A DNA stretch of 63,128 bases, filler included, from Saprolegnia diclina VS20 (lineage: Eukaryota): the NCBI RefSeq assembly GCF_000281045.1. It is 5 parts of 2 records of this genome, joined end to end, with 100 filler letters (N's around TTAATTAATTAA, not from the genome) between each part and the next. Parts side by side here need not be neighbours in the genome. Positions count along the whole stretch, not along the records: positions 29,450 to 50,520 come from NW_008246070.1; 4 more parts are not named here. One strand, 5' to 3'. Made by a program: the position numbers and the translations under genes. Below, piece after piece: positions 33,543 through 45,227 of the stretch. The notes below the pieces were generated by a model. It searched no databases and was not told the DNA's origin. It saw only the letters and a list, made by a program, of their open reading frames with translations. Position 1 is the stretch's first letter. Each line of letters begins with the position of its first letter.

Positions 33543-34261
33543 CTCGCAACGCCGGCACGAATTAGACTCTGCTCGCCAGCCGTTGACCAAAGACAAAGGC
33601 TCACAAAAAAGCGACGCGCCAACGGTCTATTCTCTCGTGGGACAGGGGTGATGGACTCGATCAATAGATCGGGCACCAGAGCCTCGACACTTCAATACCA
33701 TACATGGTTACGACTGCTACAGTTGCAGCGTCAACGTGCCTTGCATAACGCATAATCTCAAAGCTTCATCACCGCAGCACCAAGACGCCCTATCGTCTTT
33801 TGAATCATATTCCATCATGCTGTTCTTCAGCTTATTCGTCGTTCGCGGATGCTGGCAAGAAGGGCCTCGCCCGATGTATGTACGAGTACACCGTATGACA
33901 TTCGCCGGATCCAACACACGCACATTGGGGGAAGAACGAGCGTCGTATGTAGAGCCACTGCTGCCCAAGAAGGGTGTCGGAACATTAACTACGTAGGAGT
34001 TCAAGCACGAAGCACGGCTTCAAAATGGGCTTGGAGTTCAGTTTTTGGCCGTGAGAAGCGAAAATCGCTGTTCGGACAATCGTTCAGGTTGGTCTCGATC
34101 AGAAACACAACTTCGCGCGCTCCGCGACTACCTACTCCGTCTCACATTGAGGACGCACCTCGTCAACACGACCACATACTTCCTCGTATGGACTTCAATT
34201 AAAAAACATTGATATAAACCGGCGTTCGACGAACCTTGCGTCGTCCACCTCCTGGTCTTAC

Positions 34262-35377
34262 CTACTTGACGTAGGCGGTGCGGCAGCTCGGGCAGCTCGG
34301 GCGGCGGTTCCGCAACGCACACATGCGTGCCCACTCGGTCGCACAGCCAACGTGAAACGTGTGCTTGCAGCGCGGCAGCTTGCGCGTCGCCCCGACCGCA
34401 AGCGGTTCGCAGCACACGGCGCAGTCGTCGGCCTTGTCGAGCGGCTTGGCGATGAGCACGAGGCTCTGCCACTGCACAATGTCGTCCACGCAGTGGGAAA
34501 ACTGGTGGTAGCGCCCGCCCGCCGCCTCGGCCCACTCGCTGCTCATGTGCATCTTGGTCGCCGCTGCAATACCCTCAAACCGCCAGCGACAGTCGTGGAA
34601 GCCGCACGTGACCGCCTCTACAGGTGCGTCACACATCGGGCACTTGGCTTGGTGCACGAGCAAGTTGAAGGGCTGCATGCCCTGGGGCACAATTACCCAC
34701 ATGTCGTAGGCGGGGCACGTTCGCGTCAAGCACACACCGTGAATGTTGAGGCCCGTGCTGCACTGGTGCCACGTCGGCGCCGTCGTTGCAAACTCGACCG
34801 TCTCCAAGAGCTTATTGTCGCCCAGGTTGACAAATGGGCGCGACTCGAGGACCGACGTTGAAAGACATCCGACGCTGCCCCCGCGCAGGCGCGGCAGCTC
34901 CGTCAGCGTCGCGAATTGCGGCAGTCCATAGTCGCCGACGGTCGCCGCGTCCCGGAGCTCCCGGCTGCAGTAGCAGAGTCGATCGACGACGTAGCCGCTG
35001 CCAATCTTGCGCGCGAGGTGGCGCTTGAGCTGGGCCACCGAGTGCGCTGGCGTCGCATTCACCGTCACCGTGTAGCCCGACATCGTCTTGACAAACAACT
35101 GCATCGATGTAGCCGTTGGCACGCTAAAGGCAAGCACCCAGCGCGCCGTCTGCGTGCGAAGTGTGGGCTCATACGGCGCCACAGCAGCGGATCGCGGAAG
35201 GCAGACGCCGTACATCTTCAGGTGCGCTTCGGTCCGAGGCGACAGACGTGCCTTGCGCACCAGGGCGGCGGTAAACTGGGCGACCGTGCCCCCCAAAGCG
35301 AGCACGTCCGCTTCGTCCAGGTGCAGCATGCCGTCGAGCGTGGCGACCGACGTCTGGTTCACAAGCACCACGTCCAT
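34262..35377 (-). CDS. Ubiquitin-like (LRGG) + Cys-rich domain + RING-H2 protein, paralog 2
   Basis: MQLFVKTMSGYTVTV...TVGDYGL...PRLRGG; WHQCSTGLNIHGVCLTRTC...CPMC...HDCRWRFEG; RING CAVC...CKHTFHVGC...CPSCR. Confidence 0.85.
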   Translation of the reverse strand: MDVVLVNQTSVATLDGMLHLDEADVLALGGTVAQFTAALVRKARLSPRTEAHLKMYGVCLPRSAAVAPYEPTLRTQTARWVLAFSVPTATSMQLFVKTMSGYTVTVNATPAHSVAQLKRHLARKIGSGYVVDRLCYCSRELRDAATVGDYGLPQFATLTELPRLRGGSVGCLSTSVLESRPFVNLGDNKLLETVEFATTAPTWHQCSTGLNIHGVCLTRTCPAYDMWVIVPQGMQPFNLLVHQAKCPMCDAPVEAVTCGFHDCRWRFEGIAAATKMHMSSEWAEAAGGRYHQFSHCVDDIVQWQSLVLIAKPLDKADDCAVCCEPLAVGATRKLPRCKHTFHVGCATEWARMCALRNRRPSCPSCRTAYVK

Positions 35378-35887
35378 GGTGAGCCGAATCCAAGCCAAAG
35401 AGGAAATGACGGTCGCCAAAGACCACGACACGCTTAACGGGCGAGGCACGGTGGGTGGTGGCTAGCGATGTCGCCGTTGGCGCTACTTTCCGAAACAAGC
35501 TGAGCTCTGTCCCACGCGCCGCGTTTCTGAAATGCCCCTTCTCTCCGCACCAAAACGACACGTCCCACGTCAATCACCACCGGTGCGACGAGCCTCGGCT
35601 CCACTCGGTGGGTAAGGGGTTTGCAAGAAGCGTCGTGGGCAATACCCCTACATGCGATGGCTTCCATGCCAATGCACGCATTTTATCTTGGGCGTAGCGG
35701 AACCCAGCGCGAATCGCGGCTCGTCAATGCGGCGTCTTCTTGAATTCTCAGGACGCGCGGTCGACCGAGCGACACATTAGCTGTCGTCCTGGCCCATCAC
35801 CTCGCACCATTACCTATGGTCATCACCGGTCCCACGACATCCCGACACTCACAACACAACGACGAGAGCAAAGAGAAGGATTCTAAG

Positions 35888-37618
35888 TTAGAGCATTGCC
35901 GGGCCTAACGTGCCGGTGCCGGGGTTGTGTTTCGGACACCCGGCACACCGACAGGCGTCGCCGCAGGTGCACTCGCGGCCAAACGTCATGCCGCAGCCGG
36001 GCACAGACCAGCCGACGGCGAGCGCGGCCGTGTGCGCCATAGTCGTGCGGTACTTCGGACACCCGTTCTCACCGCAGCCAAAGTCACACACGTGGTTGTC
36101 GTCGTCGACCGAGTTGCGCCGCGCTTGGAGCATCGGTGTGAGCGTGAGGCCGTACGTTGTCGATACGACCGCGACTTCGTTGGCATCAAACATGCCGACG
36201 AGAATGACTTCGCTTGGTTTTTGATCGAGGAGCAGCACGATCTGCTCGACGCCTTCAATGTGCTCCAAGATCGACTGCAGCAAGACACCGGTTTGGCCAA
36301 ACGTGATGAACTGGCCGTGCGTGAGCTCCACCGAGTACCTACACGAGCGAGCCTGTCAGCATCTCATTTCTCTCACAACTGGCATGTACCGGACGCGGGG
36401 TGGCACTGGCATCATGGAAATTTTCGAGGCTGAGAACCCGATCACTTCGATACACTGCAGAAAAGAACTCGTGTTGCCGTCGATGCTGTGGACGATGAGG
36501 TGTCGCTTCTCAAAATCAATGTCGGCGCGCTGGACGTGCGGCATGGCACGCACGGCGTTGAGGACCGTCGTGCCGCAGTTGCCCATGCACATCATTCCAT
36601 CGACATGGAAGGTCCATTCAAGCGTCAGAATGACATCGTCAATAAGGCCTTCTTCCAAGACGACGTACGGGCACTGGAGAGGCGCGAGAAGGCCATGGAC
36701 ATCGACCGACGTCATAGACCCCCGTAGGATGAAGCACGCGCTCGAGTTGTGGCGCGAGACGCCGTAGCGGAAGCCGAGAATGTGCGCACTGCGGACACTC
36801 GGGAGGCTGCGCAGGAGAGCGAGGCACACGTCGTCGCGCCAGGTGTTGGTGTGGTGCGGGATTTGCAGCAGCATGCGGCGATAAATATAAGACGACGCCG
36901 ACGTATTTGTCGTCGTCATTGAGACCTTGGGTAGCGCCGGCGTAAACAAAATGTTCTCCAAATGGGCGACCGGCGCGAATGCTGCCGTCGTCGGGTGCAG
37001 CAATGGCGTCAGCGACTGGTCCCCGGAAGGCACGACAGCTTCCTACATGCAGCGCTGTCGTGGCCACCGTGATGACGAGGAATGCTCACGTACGTTTTGA
37101 TGCTCCATGCAAAACCCGTCGCGGCAGCGCGCAATGCGACGGCAGTTGGGTGCTCGGCACATGGCCGGACCGCCGTGGTCAGGGCACTTGCCGTTCGCGC
37201 CACGACCCATCTTGGTGCAGTCGGGCTCGGTGCAGCGCTTACCACCGCCGTGGGCCCGGCAAAAGCCACCGCCCTGGGAGTTTTTCTCACAGCCCGCATG
37301 GCCACAGCGCTTCCCGCCGCCGTGCATCGTGCAGTAGCCGCCACCGACGTCGGCCTTTTGACAGTTGGGCTCGGTGCAGCGCTTGCCACCGCCATGGCCG
37401 CGGCAAAGGCCGCCACCGGCGTCGACCTTGTGGCACTCGGGCACAGTGCAGCGCGAGCCGCCGCCGTGCTTGCGGCAGTAGCCGCCTCGCTGGTAGCCGT
37501 TGGTGCAGCCTTCGTGGCGACACTTCTTGCCGCCGCCATGGCCGACGCAGAGACCACCGCCCGCGTCGACCTTGTCGCAGCCACCGGCGTACGTGCAGGC
37601 GCGGCGCGGTAGGACCAT
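35888..37618 (-). CDS. WRKY19-like zinc-finger repeats + HMA domain + Cys-rich C-terminal metal-binding motif, 3 exons
   Basis: Seven C-x4/5-C-x9/10-C-x2-H repeats. Intron 37043-37093 joins MEHQN-EAVVPSGDQ in frame. HMA: FHVDGMMCMGNCGTTVLNAVRAMPHVQRADIDFE. A second intron near 36339-36389 joins PPRVR-YSVELTHG. C-terminus CTCGDACRCAGCPKH. Confidence 0.82.
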
Positions 37619-38370
37619 CGGCGCGTTCAACAATTGCCGAGTATAAATACTCCAATTCTCTGAGAACGAATCATTTGCGGCTGATACGGCAGAGGACCTG
37701 TGAAAAGGCATGTTACAAATTAAATAACAGAGGTTGGAACCGACTGCAGCGTGTCGACGGTGGAATTCCTCGACGCACCGAGGACAACCGCGTCACCGGG
37801 AACCGGATGATGTGAATGCCCTCGAGGCTACTACCTCTGGACATCGTCTTGGTTTCTTGTCGACAATGTCCGCGTCACGCACGATGTTCACTCGACGCAA
37901 GTTTCAAAACCCCAAGCAGGAGATAAGAGTTCTATCGACTTTTCAATCTACAGAGCTGTGCGTAGCTTGCTAGCTATTACCGACTCATTCGCGCGTAGCA
38001 TTCGGGCACCGCGGATGTAATATTTCCTAGTATACTAGAGTAATCCAAGTACCACCTTTCCCGCTACCAAGAAGTTGCCCCGCGTGACGTAGTCCTAAAA
38101 CACGTGATGTTCTCAAGAAGGGTATTACATTCCTGCCGCTTTTGTTAAGTTGTGCGATGCAGACACGCGTCAGGTAGAGCTAATTCCTCGCGGCACATTT
38201 CTGATGGATGGCAATCTCCGCTTCCACGTGGCAACTGCACCGCAATCTTTTTTAATGCTATTTAATACCGAGAGAAAGTGAGTCGTTTGGGTTTGTCCCG
38301 TCCAATTTCCGGATAAGCGGTTTGTCCCAAATATATCCGGACGATTCAAACTGGTTTCGAAATTTGCGGG

Positions 38371-38969
38371 ATGGACACAGCGGGGAGCGACGACGAGACG
38401 TACTCGATTACGTCGCAGCCATGTACGTCCATGAGCGCCCATGTCACTGCGGAAGGCTCATGGATCCATCTTCTAGGGGGTGACCTTCATGAGTTCTACC
38501 CCAAGGTACACGATGCGCAGCGCAACATAGGACGACCTGCCTGTAGACGATCGCACCGTCCGTGCCGCTGACCGGCGACCTCGCCGAGCTGCATTCGTTC
38601 CTCGTTGGCCAGCGCCCGGCCCAAGACTTTGGCCTTCGAACTCGAGGCGGTACAATGCTCCGTGTCCGGCGCTTCGACGCCAATGTCCCATAGGCGTCAG
38701 CGTCCAAAAGGCCATCGAGAGCAAATTGCGCGAGCTCGAGAACCTCAACTTCCGCCTCTACTTGGACGAAGGTACGCTATCTAAATCATTAACCGAGTTG
38801 CTACATCGTTGCAGGGCGCGAAATGCAGAAAGGCCAGGAGCTCCAGATTTTGTCCATGACGTGCCTGCCACACGCGCCCAAGCCGGAGCCACCGACACGA
38901 AAAGCCAAGGCAACGATCGATGTGGCTGATAGGCGTCGCGCCAAAAAGCCTCGGCGGCCGTCTGCGTAA
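38371..38969 (+). CDS. LIN52: LIN52-like (DREAM/MuvB subunit), multi-exon
   Basis: Spliced C-terminal part AIESKLRELENLNFRLYLDE-GREMQKGQELQIL matches the LIN52 pattern LQNLAYQLGLDESREMTRGKFLNIL; four short GT-AG introns; 5' exons approximate. Confidence 0.65.
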
Positions 38970-39315
38970 TATGCATAACATACAAGGCGTCGGCGACTTT
39001 GCTATCACATGACGCGCTTAGTGTCGATGCTCGATCGTCGAGACACGAGGAGTGTGTTGTTGACTTGCGTTGTGGGCTTCGCCGTTGAACTAGCCACTTG
39101 ATCATCGCATATCAACGTCACTTTGCAGGGGTTTCACCGGACGTTTTACAGAACAAATCAATACAGACCGGTGCCGTGAGCAGTCGACGATTTCAATGGT
39201 CGCCAAGATGCTGCGGTGCGCGGTGCAGCCCCGCGCGACGCCCTCGGTACGTGTTGCGCACCATGTTTGCATCAATCTCAATGCTTTATGGCTCTAGTCG
39301 GCGGGTGGCTCGAAT

Positions 39316-41892
39316 ATGGCGACGATGACGATCACCAATGGCGCCGCGGCGTCGGGCAGGTTGCACGACCAGAGCCAAGCGTCCTACCTTGCTGCCTACG
39401 CTCGTGTCGGCTCCAACTTGGTGGCCGGCTGTCTGATCCTTCTTTCGCTCTTGACACTCTCCGTCCTCGTATCTCAGGTGGGCTCGATGACAGTGCGGAC
39501 GCATTTAATGTGACGCGCCGTTGTGAACTAGGGCATGTTTGACCGGCTCGTGGTCTCCGTCAACGCCCAGACCGAGACATATTTTTGGGCCCCCTTTGGG
39601 CAGAGCTGCCTCCTCACAGCATCGGGCTTTGTGCCCGAGAGGTGATGATATCACATTTTGCGTTACTGCATCTGAAACGGATGTAGCTGCAGCGCGGACG
39701 AAGTCAATGCAACGAGCCTCACTGTATGGACGGCGGTTGGTCACATCTTGGCGCAACAGTGGGCTCGCGAACTGGAAGCATGTACGTACTGTGTGGCTAG
39801 ACCAAGCATATCGACATTATGAGTCGACTAGCACCGACGCTGCGTGTTACGACGTGCATCATTGGTGGCACCTCCAGCGTTGGCTGGGCCAACCTGCAGC
39901 TGGTCGCAGGGTACAATTACCGTTCTGACGCAGCACGCGAGTGCTTATCCACTGTGTAGTTATGACGCATTTCCCGAATGCCTGCCGACCAACGGCGCGC
40001 AGCCGGTCGCCGGGATGGCCATGCTCGAAACCACGGTATGTGTACCTCGATTTAGTCGGACGTTTATTGATATGTCATTAGATTCGAGAGGCGTTTGTGG
40101 AAGGTGTTTACCTTATGACGCTCTACTCTGACTTGGACCCTGCGATGAATGTACACGTTGTCGTTATGACACCGGACATATGATGATCATGTTTGGATGC
40201 GTAGACGGTGCACCTCCACGTGAGCTCGGACGGCTCGAAAGCCAAGCTCATGAAGGACCCAGCACGCACAATCATTACGCAAGACGGTGTGGCGCTGGCG
40301 GACGCCTTTGGCACGGACTACATCATCAACTCGTACCCGCTGGGCCCTTGGTAGCGCCTTCTACGTCCAATATTTAGCTCTCACGAGGAAGTTAGGTTCC
40401 ACGTTGTGGGCTACTGCCACACGGAAATCGAAGAAGTGAGCGATCTCGGGCTACCTGGGTGGAGCCAAGGTACCAGAAAGCGACTAGTGCAGTCCCAAAT
40501 GTAGTCGTTCGCAATAGGCAAGTCGTCGGGGCACGCGATCTGCCCGGGCTGGAACTGTGGGCACCAAGTCGAGAACGCGACGGCACTGATTGCGCTGCAG
40601 CTCTGCCTTTCGGTGCTGACTCTCGCGCTCCTCGGCGGCGACATTTACGTCACGTGGCAAGGTCGGTTTGTGGTTTTCTCACAAATAAGGTTTCAAGCCC
40701 GCCGTAGGACTGCGCGGTCTTCTCCGCCACAAGCCAGTGCTAACATATGCTCTCCTTTCTGGCCTCGAGCGTCGCAAGGTTCACCACATTCGAGTTATGT
40801 CCTTTAACACTTGTGAGCGCAGGTGCTACTAAGCTTTATCGCGCTCAACGCCGCCCCGTCGCTTTTGTATCTCGACGTCTCGCGGATCTACTTTTTCACG
40901 ACCAACGGATTCAAGATTTGGTCTCTCTCAGCCGCGATGCTCGGCAACTGCGTCGCATTTGGTTGCCTTTTCATTCTCTCGTTCGCACCTTCTCGCACCT
41001 TCTAGAACCGACTCATCACCGTCCGATAGGCTCGTGGGCATGCTGCCGGCTCCGCGCATTATTCAGGATTACTGCATCAGCTACTCGGCCCCCGCTTTCC
41101 TCTTTTGCACGATTGGGGGCGTCGCCTTCAAACTCTGTGACATGGACCTCTTCCGATTGGTGTACAACCAATTTTACGCCGCACCGCCGTACCTCGGTAT
41201 GTGCCACATTGCCGTATCTTTAACCATCACTCTGATGTAGGAATGTATGTCAATCAGGCCACCTGGCCCAGTGGCGCGTACGTGGCAGAAGGCACACCGG
41301 CCGTCGCAACTCTTCTCTCGTCGCTGGTTGCCTACCCGATCTTGATTGCCTTGGGTGCCTCGATGCTGCTCTCGATGGGACACCGCCGGCTGCGCTCCCG
41401 CGGGTCGACATGTGTCGACGGTGATGCAACCTTCTCATGCATGGCTGTAGATTGCTTCTTCACACACAGTGGTGCACAGCCAACTCGTTCTTACGCTACG
41501 CCAAACGCCCGCAGTATATCACGTCATTGCCACTCGAAGAGTCGAATGCTATCAAAATTGGCGCCAAACTCTTTTGCAAGCCAAGTACGATGGCTCTCAT
41601 GGGCTATGGCATCGTCGCTGAAGCGTACATCGATCTTGAGAATTGCTCTTCAGCTTGTTGCTTTGTTAGGGAGGCGGACCCGACTCCGGACGCTGCCATG
41701 AAGCGCCCACAGACGACGTTTGTTTTGGTGAGCATCTACGCGCTGCTGCCCGCACTTCTCCGCAGTGGTTGGCGCATGCCAGTGCTCATCGCGGGCGTCA
41801 TTCGCGGCAACCAGTTCGAACCTACCAAAGGCAAAACCACACTTGACCGCACGCGCGAGTATGTGCACAAACGCGGATCTTGCGTCACGTAG
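39316..41892 (+). CDS. Oomycete-type multipass membrane protein, family copy A (many introns)
   Basis: N-terminal TM helix, ECLPTNGAQPVAGMAMLETT, PGWNCGH, LGGDIYVTWQ, GLERRK, PSLLYLDVSRIY, ATWPSGAYVAEGTP, ITSLPLEESNAIKIG, SIYALLPAL, HKRGSCVT-stop. Confidence 0.75.
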
Positions 41893-42197
41893 ACTAGTAC
41901 CAAACACTACCAGTGTGTCCACGAGTAGTACTAATATCCATTTTATAGTTTTCATATTTCAGACACAATCTGTTTAGTAGCGATGGAATGGGAGTCACTG
42001 TGGCGTGAAGCGAGCATCGTCATCTATAAGCCGTCGTCGATTTGAGTACCATGTGCTCATTCATGTACCTTGGCCGATGGCAAGACGGGGGCACCTTGGA
42101 GGGAAGCAACACAGGGATACATGGCACTTGCATCCCATTTTTTCCATGATTTTGGAGGCAAAAATGATGGATTGTGTTTATTCGTGTGCTTGGCGAC

Positions 42198-44907
42198 TTA
42201 GTGAACGTGGGAGGCTTCCTCGTACTCGTAACGCGCTTGCCGATCCAGGTATGCGTCGGGGGTCGCAGTGAACTTGCCGTCGACAATATGACCATACTTG
42301 CGGGGCGGGAACCAAAAGAGACACGAGCACATAAGAGCGGGCACGAGAGCGTAAATGCTAATGACGACAAGCGTTTTCGGTGGCTTGCGAGCAGCTGGAC
42401 CGGCCATCGAATCGCTACAACAGAAATTCAACTATCAGATCTAATCGATTCGTGCGGCACAAGCAATTTGGACGTACGATGCCGTGCGACGCGTCACCGT
42501 GACATACCCAAGCTGCGTCAGCACACTAGTTCAATGCGCTGCGTCAAGTACGCCATATGCGCAGGGGACCGCACCAGGGAAGACAAGCTACGTTCTCGTG
42601 CACGCGCACGGTAGCGTGTTCGTCGAGCGGCAACGCCGTCAAGAGCGTCGGTGGATTTGCGAGCACCAAAAAGCTGTTTTGAAGGCACCAGTCGGTGCAA
42701 AGCAAGAGACTAGATGAAGACCGTGTCAGCTACATGACACGCGAGAATGTATGACCTTTTGCGCGTGTAGAGGCGCTCGAACAGCGTTGTGAGAAGCGAT
42801 AGGGCGAGAGCCGCCGAAAGTGCCGCGCACAGAGGGATCTGAAGCCACGTGAGGACGACGGGTGTGCCTTCTGCTACGTAGGCGCCGCTTGGCCACGTCG
42901 TGTTGCGCAGCCACAGTCCTACACTTACAGTCAAACACGCGGAGATCGCACTTAAGAACAAGTACCCAAGGTGGGCTCGGCGGAAAAGAAGGCGTTGTAG
43001 GTCGTTTGAAAGAGCGACCGGGTCCCGGCGCACGCCAGGAAGATCGCAAGTAGAGAGGTGTAGACGAAGCGCGATGCGTTGTACGGGAGACACACCGTAT
43101 GGAGCACGGCCGGCAGTGGAAGAATCTCGATGCAACTACAGCCCATTTATGCCTTGCTATCACGGCATGACGGCACTTGCCTGAGCACGAGCATGAGGGC
43201 GAACGAGGCAAAGACCGCCAGCATCGCCACCGCAAGGCACCAGATGACATAGCCCTTTTGCGTAAAGAAGTAAATGCGCGCCACGTCCAAGTACAAGAGC
43301 GACGGGAGCGCATTGATGACAACAACGAGAGCCAGGCACTACTGCAGTCATGGTACCAGAGCGCAGTATCAATGACCCGTACTTTGCGTCGCTCCAACCC
43401 GTCGAGAATTTGGTATGTCATCGTGACAGGTTTGGAATGGTACACACGGTGCAGCCCTACGCGCACACTAGGCCTAGAGAACACCTCAGATCGGTCCACG
43501 TACCGTAGCAGGTGAGGTAAATGTCGCCGCTGAGCAAAAGGCAAGCCGCAACGAACGCGACAAGCTGCAGGACGATGAGCTCAGGTGCATTCTGCACCAC
43601 ATGACCACACGTCCAGCCCGGTGCAACGGGCCGCTGGGAAAATTTGCCTGGCACTTGGTTGCGGTTTGGAGCTGTGTGTGGGCGAATCTACCTTGGCTCC
43701 AGCCTCGCAACGACGACGTGAAGGCACTGAGCTCTTCCATTTCCGTGTGACACGACGCCGTCACTTGGTAGCTACGCACAAGATGTGTGCTAACAACTGG
43801 ACAATTAACCCATGCGCTACAATACCGAGGACCCAATGGGTACGAGTGGATCATGTAGTTTTGTCCAATCGCATCAGCGATGGTCTGGCCATGCAGCGTC
43901 ACCAGCGTCCGCAGTGGGCTGCTCAAGAGCTTCGCCGTCGTCCCATCCGTGTTGACGTACGCCAGTACTTTCTATGCGCTTGGAATCGGTACAATATTGT
44001 CATGGGAATATCGACACCTGCATCGTAGGGTTCAGATCCGAGTAGAGCGTCAAAAAGTACAGGCCTTCCGGGTGTGTATCGCGGATCTATACATTTCATT
44101 TCGTTGTCGAAATTCGTACAACTTGAGAGCGCACGGTGGTCTCGAGCATGGCCATGCCTGCAATGCTCTGGGCGCCAGCACTCGGAAGGCACTCGGGATA
44201 GTCGTCGTACCTACAGCCATTTGCCAATGAAAATTTCGGTGTCATGGTGTAAGGTGTCTACCCGGCGATAAATTGGAGGTCGCCCCACCCAACACTTGGA
44301 GTGGCTCCAATGATGCACGTCGTCACATACAGCTCGCGCGCTAGACAGGTTGTCATCCCAAGGTCGGAAGCAAGGGAAAAAAAGGTCCGAATCACGGCGC
44401 GTAGTACCTTTGGTGAGCTCAGCGGCCCACTGCTGGGCAAGCACGAGCTCAATGGCCGTCCACGCGTTGGTGTGCGTCGTGTTCTGTACCTCGGCCGAGC
44501 AACTAGTCCTCATAATCGATGATTAGCCAAACAAATGCTAGTAGAGGGCTAGAGACCTGTTTGCGACAAACCCGGCTCGGTCGACGACACAACTCTTGCT
44601 ATATGGCGCCCAAAACTGGTCGGCGGTCTGTGTATTCTTGGAGACAATCGCGCGTTCAAACATGCCCTAATCCGCGTCCATGACGGGAGGTCGGTAGGAT
44701 CAAGACGCGCACTTGAGAGAGAAAGACGAGCAACGTCACGAGCGAGAGCAGCGCAATCGAACACGTGACGACGTTCGAGATTAGGCACTGCAGCACATTT
44801 ACCGTCGTGGGCTGCAACCGCTTGAAAGCTGCCGCCGCAACACTCGCGTCTGGCGCCGAGCCCTCGGCGCAGAGCCCGAGGTTGATGTCGGGGCCGACGC
44901 GGGGCAT
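42198..44907 (-). CDS. Oomycete-type multipass membrane protein, family copy B
   Basis: Same motif order: APGWTCGH, LSGDIYLT, ILDGLERRK, TTWPSGAYVAEGTP, SIYALVPAL; many short introns; boundaries approximate. Confidence 0.7.
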
Positions 44908-45227
44908 GTTCCAGCGACGAACAAGGTGCCAAATATAGCAGAGATGTCTAACCCAAAAGACAATTATTCCCATCTAAAACTATTTGGAGACGTTTAAGTA
45001 TACGCCTCGCAGCGTTCCATCCTTGGAGAGAGTTGGAGAGCAACGGTGCGTGCCAGTCGTCGACACGAGCCTATCTATACCTCTGCATTGTCTAATCCAA
45101 CGCCTTTTTAGCGCCAGCATGGCTGAGCCTGAGGATGTACCTCGTCATGCGAGCCGTTTGTACGTTATACGTGCTAATGTGGTGGAGAGTCCATGCCATT
45201 CCAGGCTATTAAGGCTGCGATCGTGTC

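Noticed and set aside
37094..37618. Periodic ~69-bp nucleotide repeats resembling an array (CRISPR-like)
   Set aside because: They are the coding repeats of the zinc fingers (CxxHGGGKRC). There is no repeat-spacer structure, no cas gene, and the context is eukaryotic.
41860..41892. C-terminal Cys of the membrane family as a CaaX prenylation signal
   Set aside because: The Cys is third from the end (CVT, CIS), not fourth, so it does not fit CaaX.
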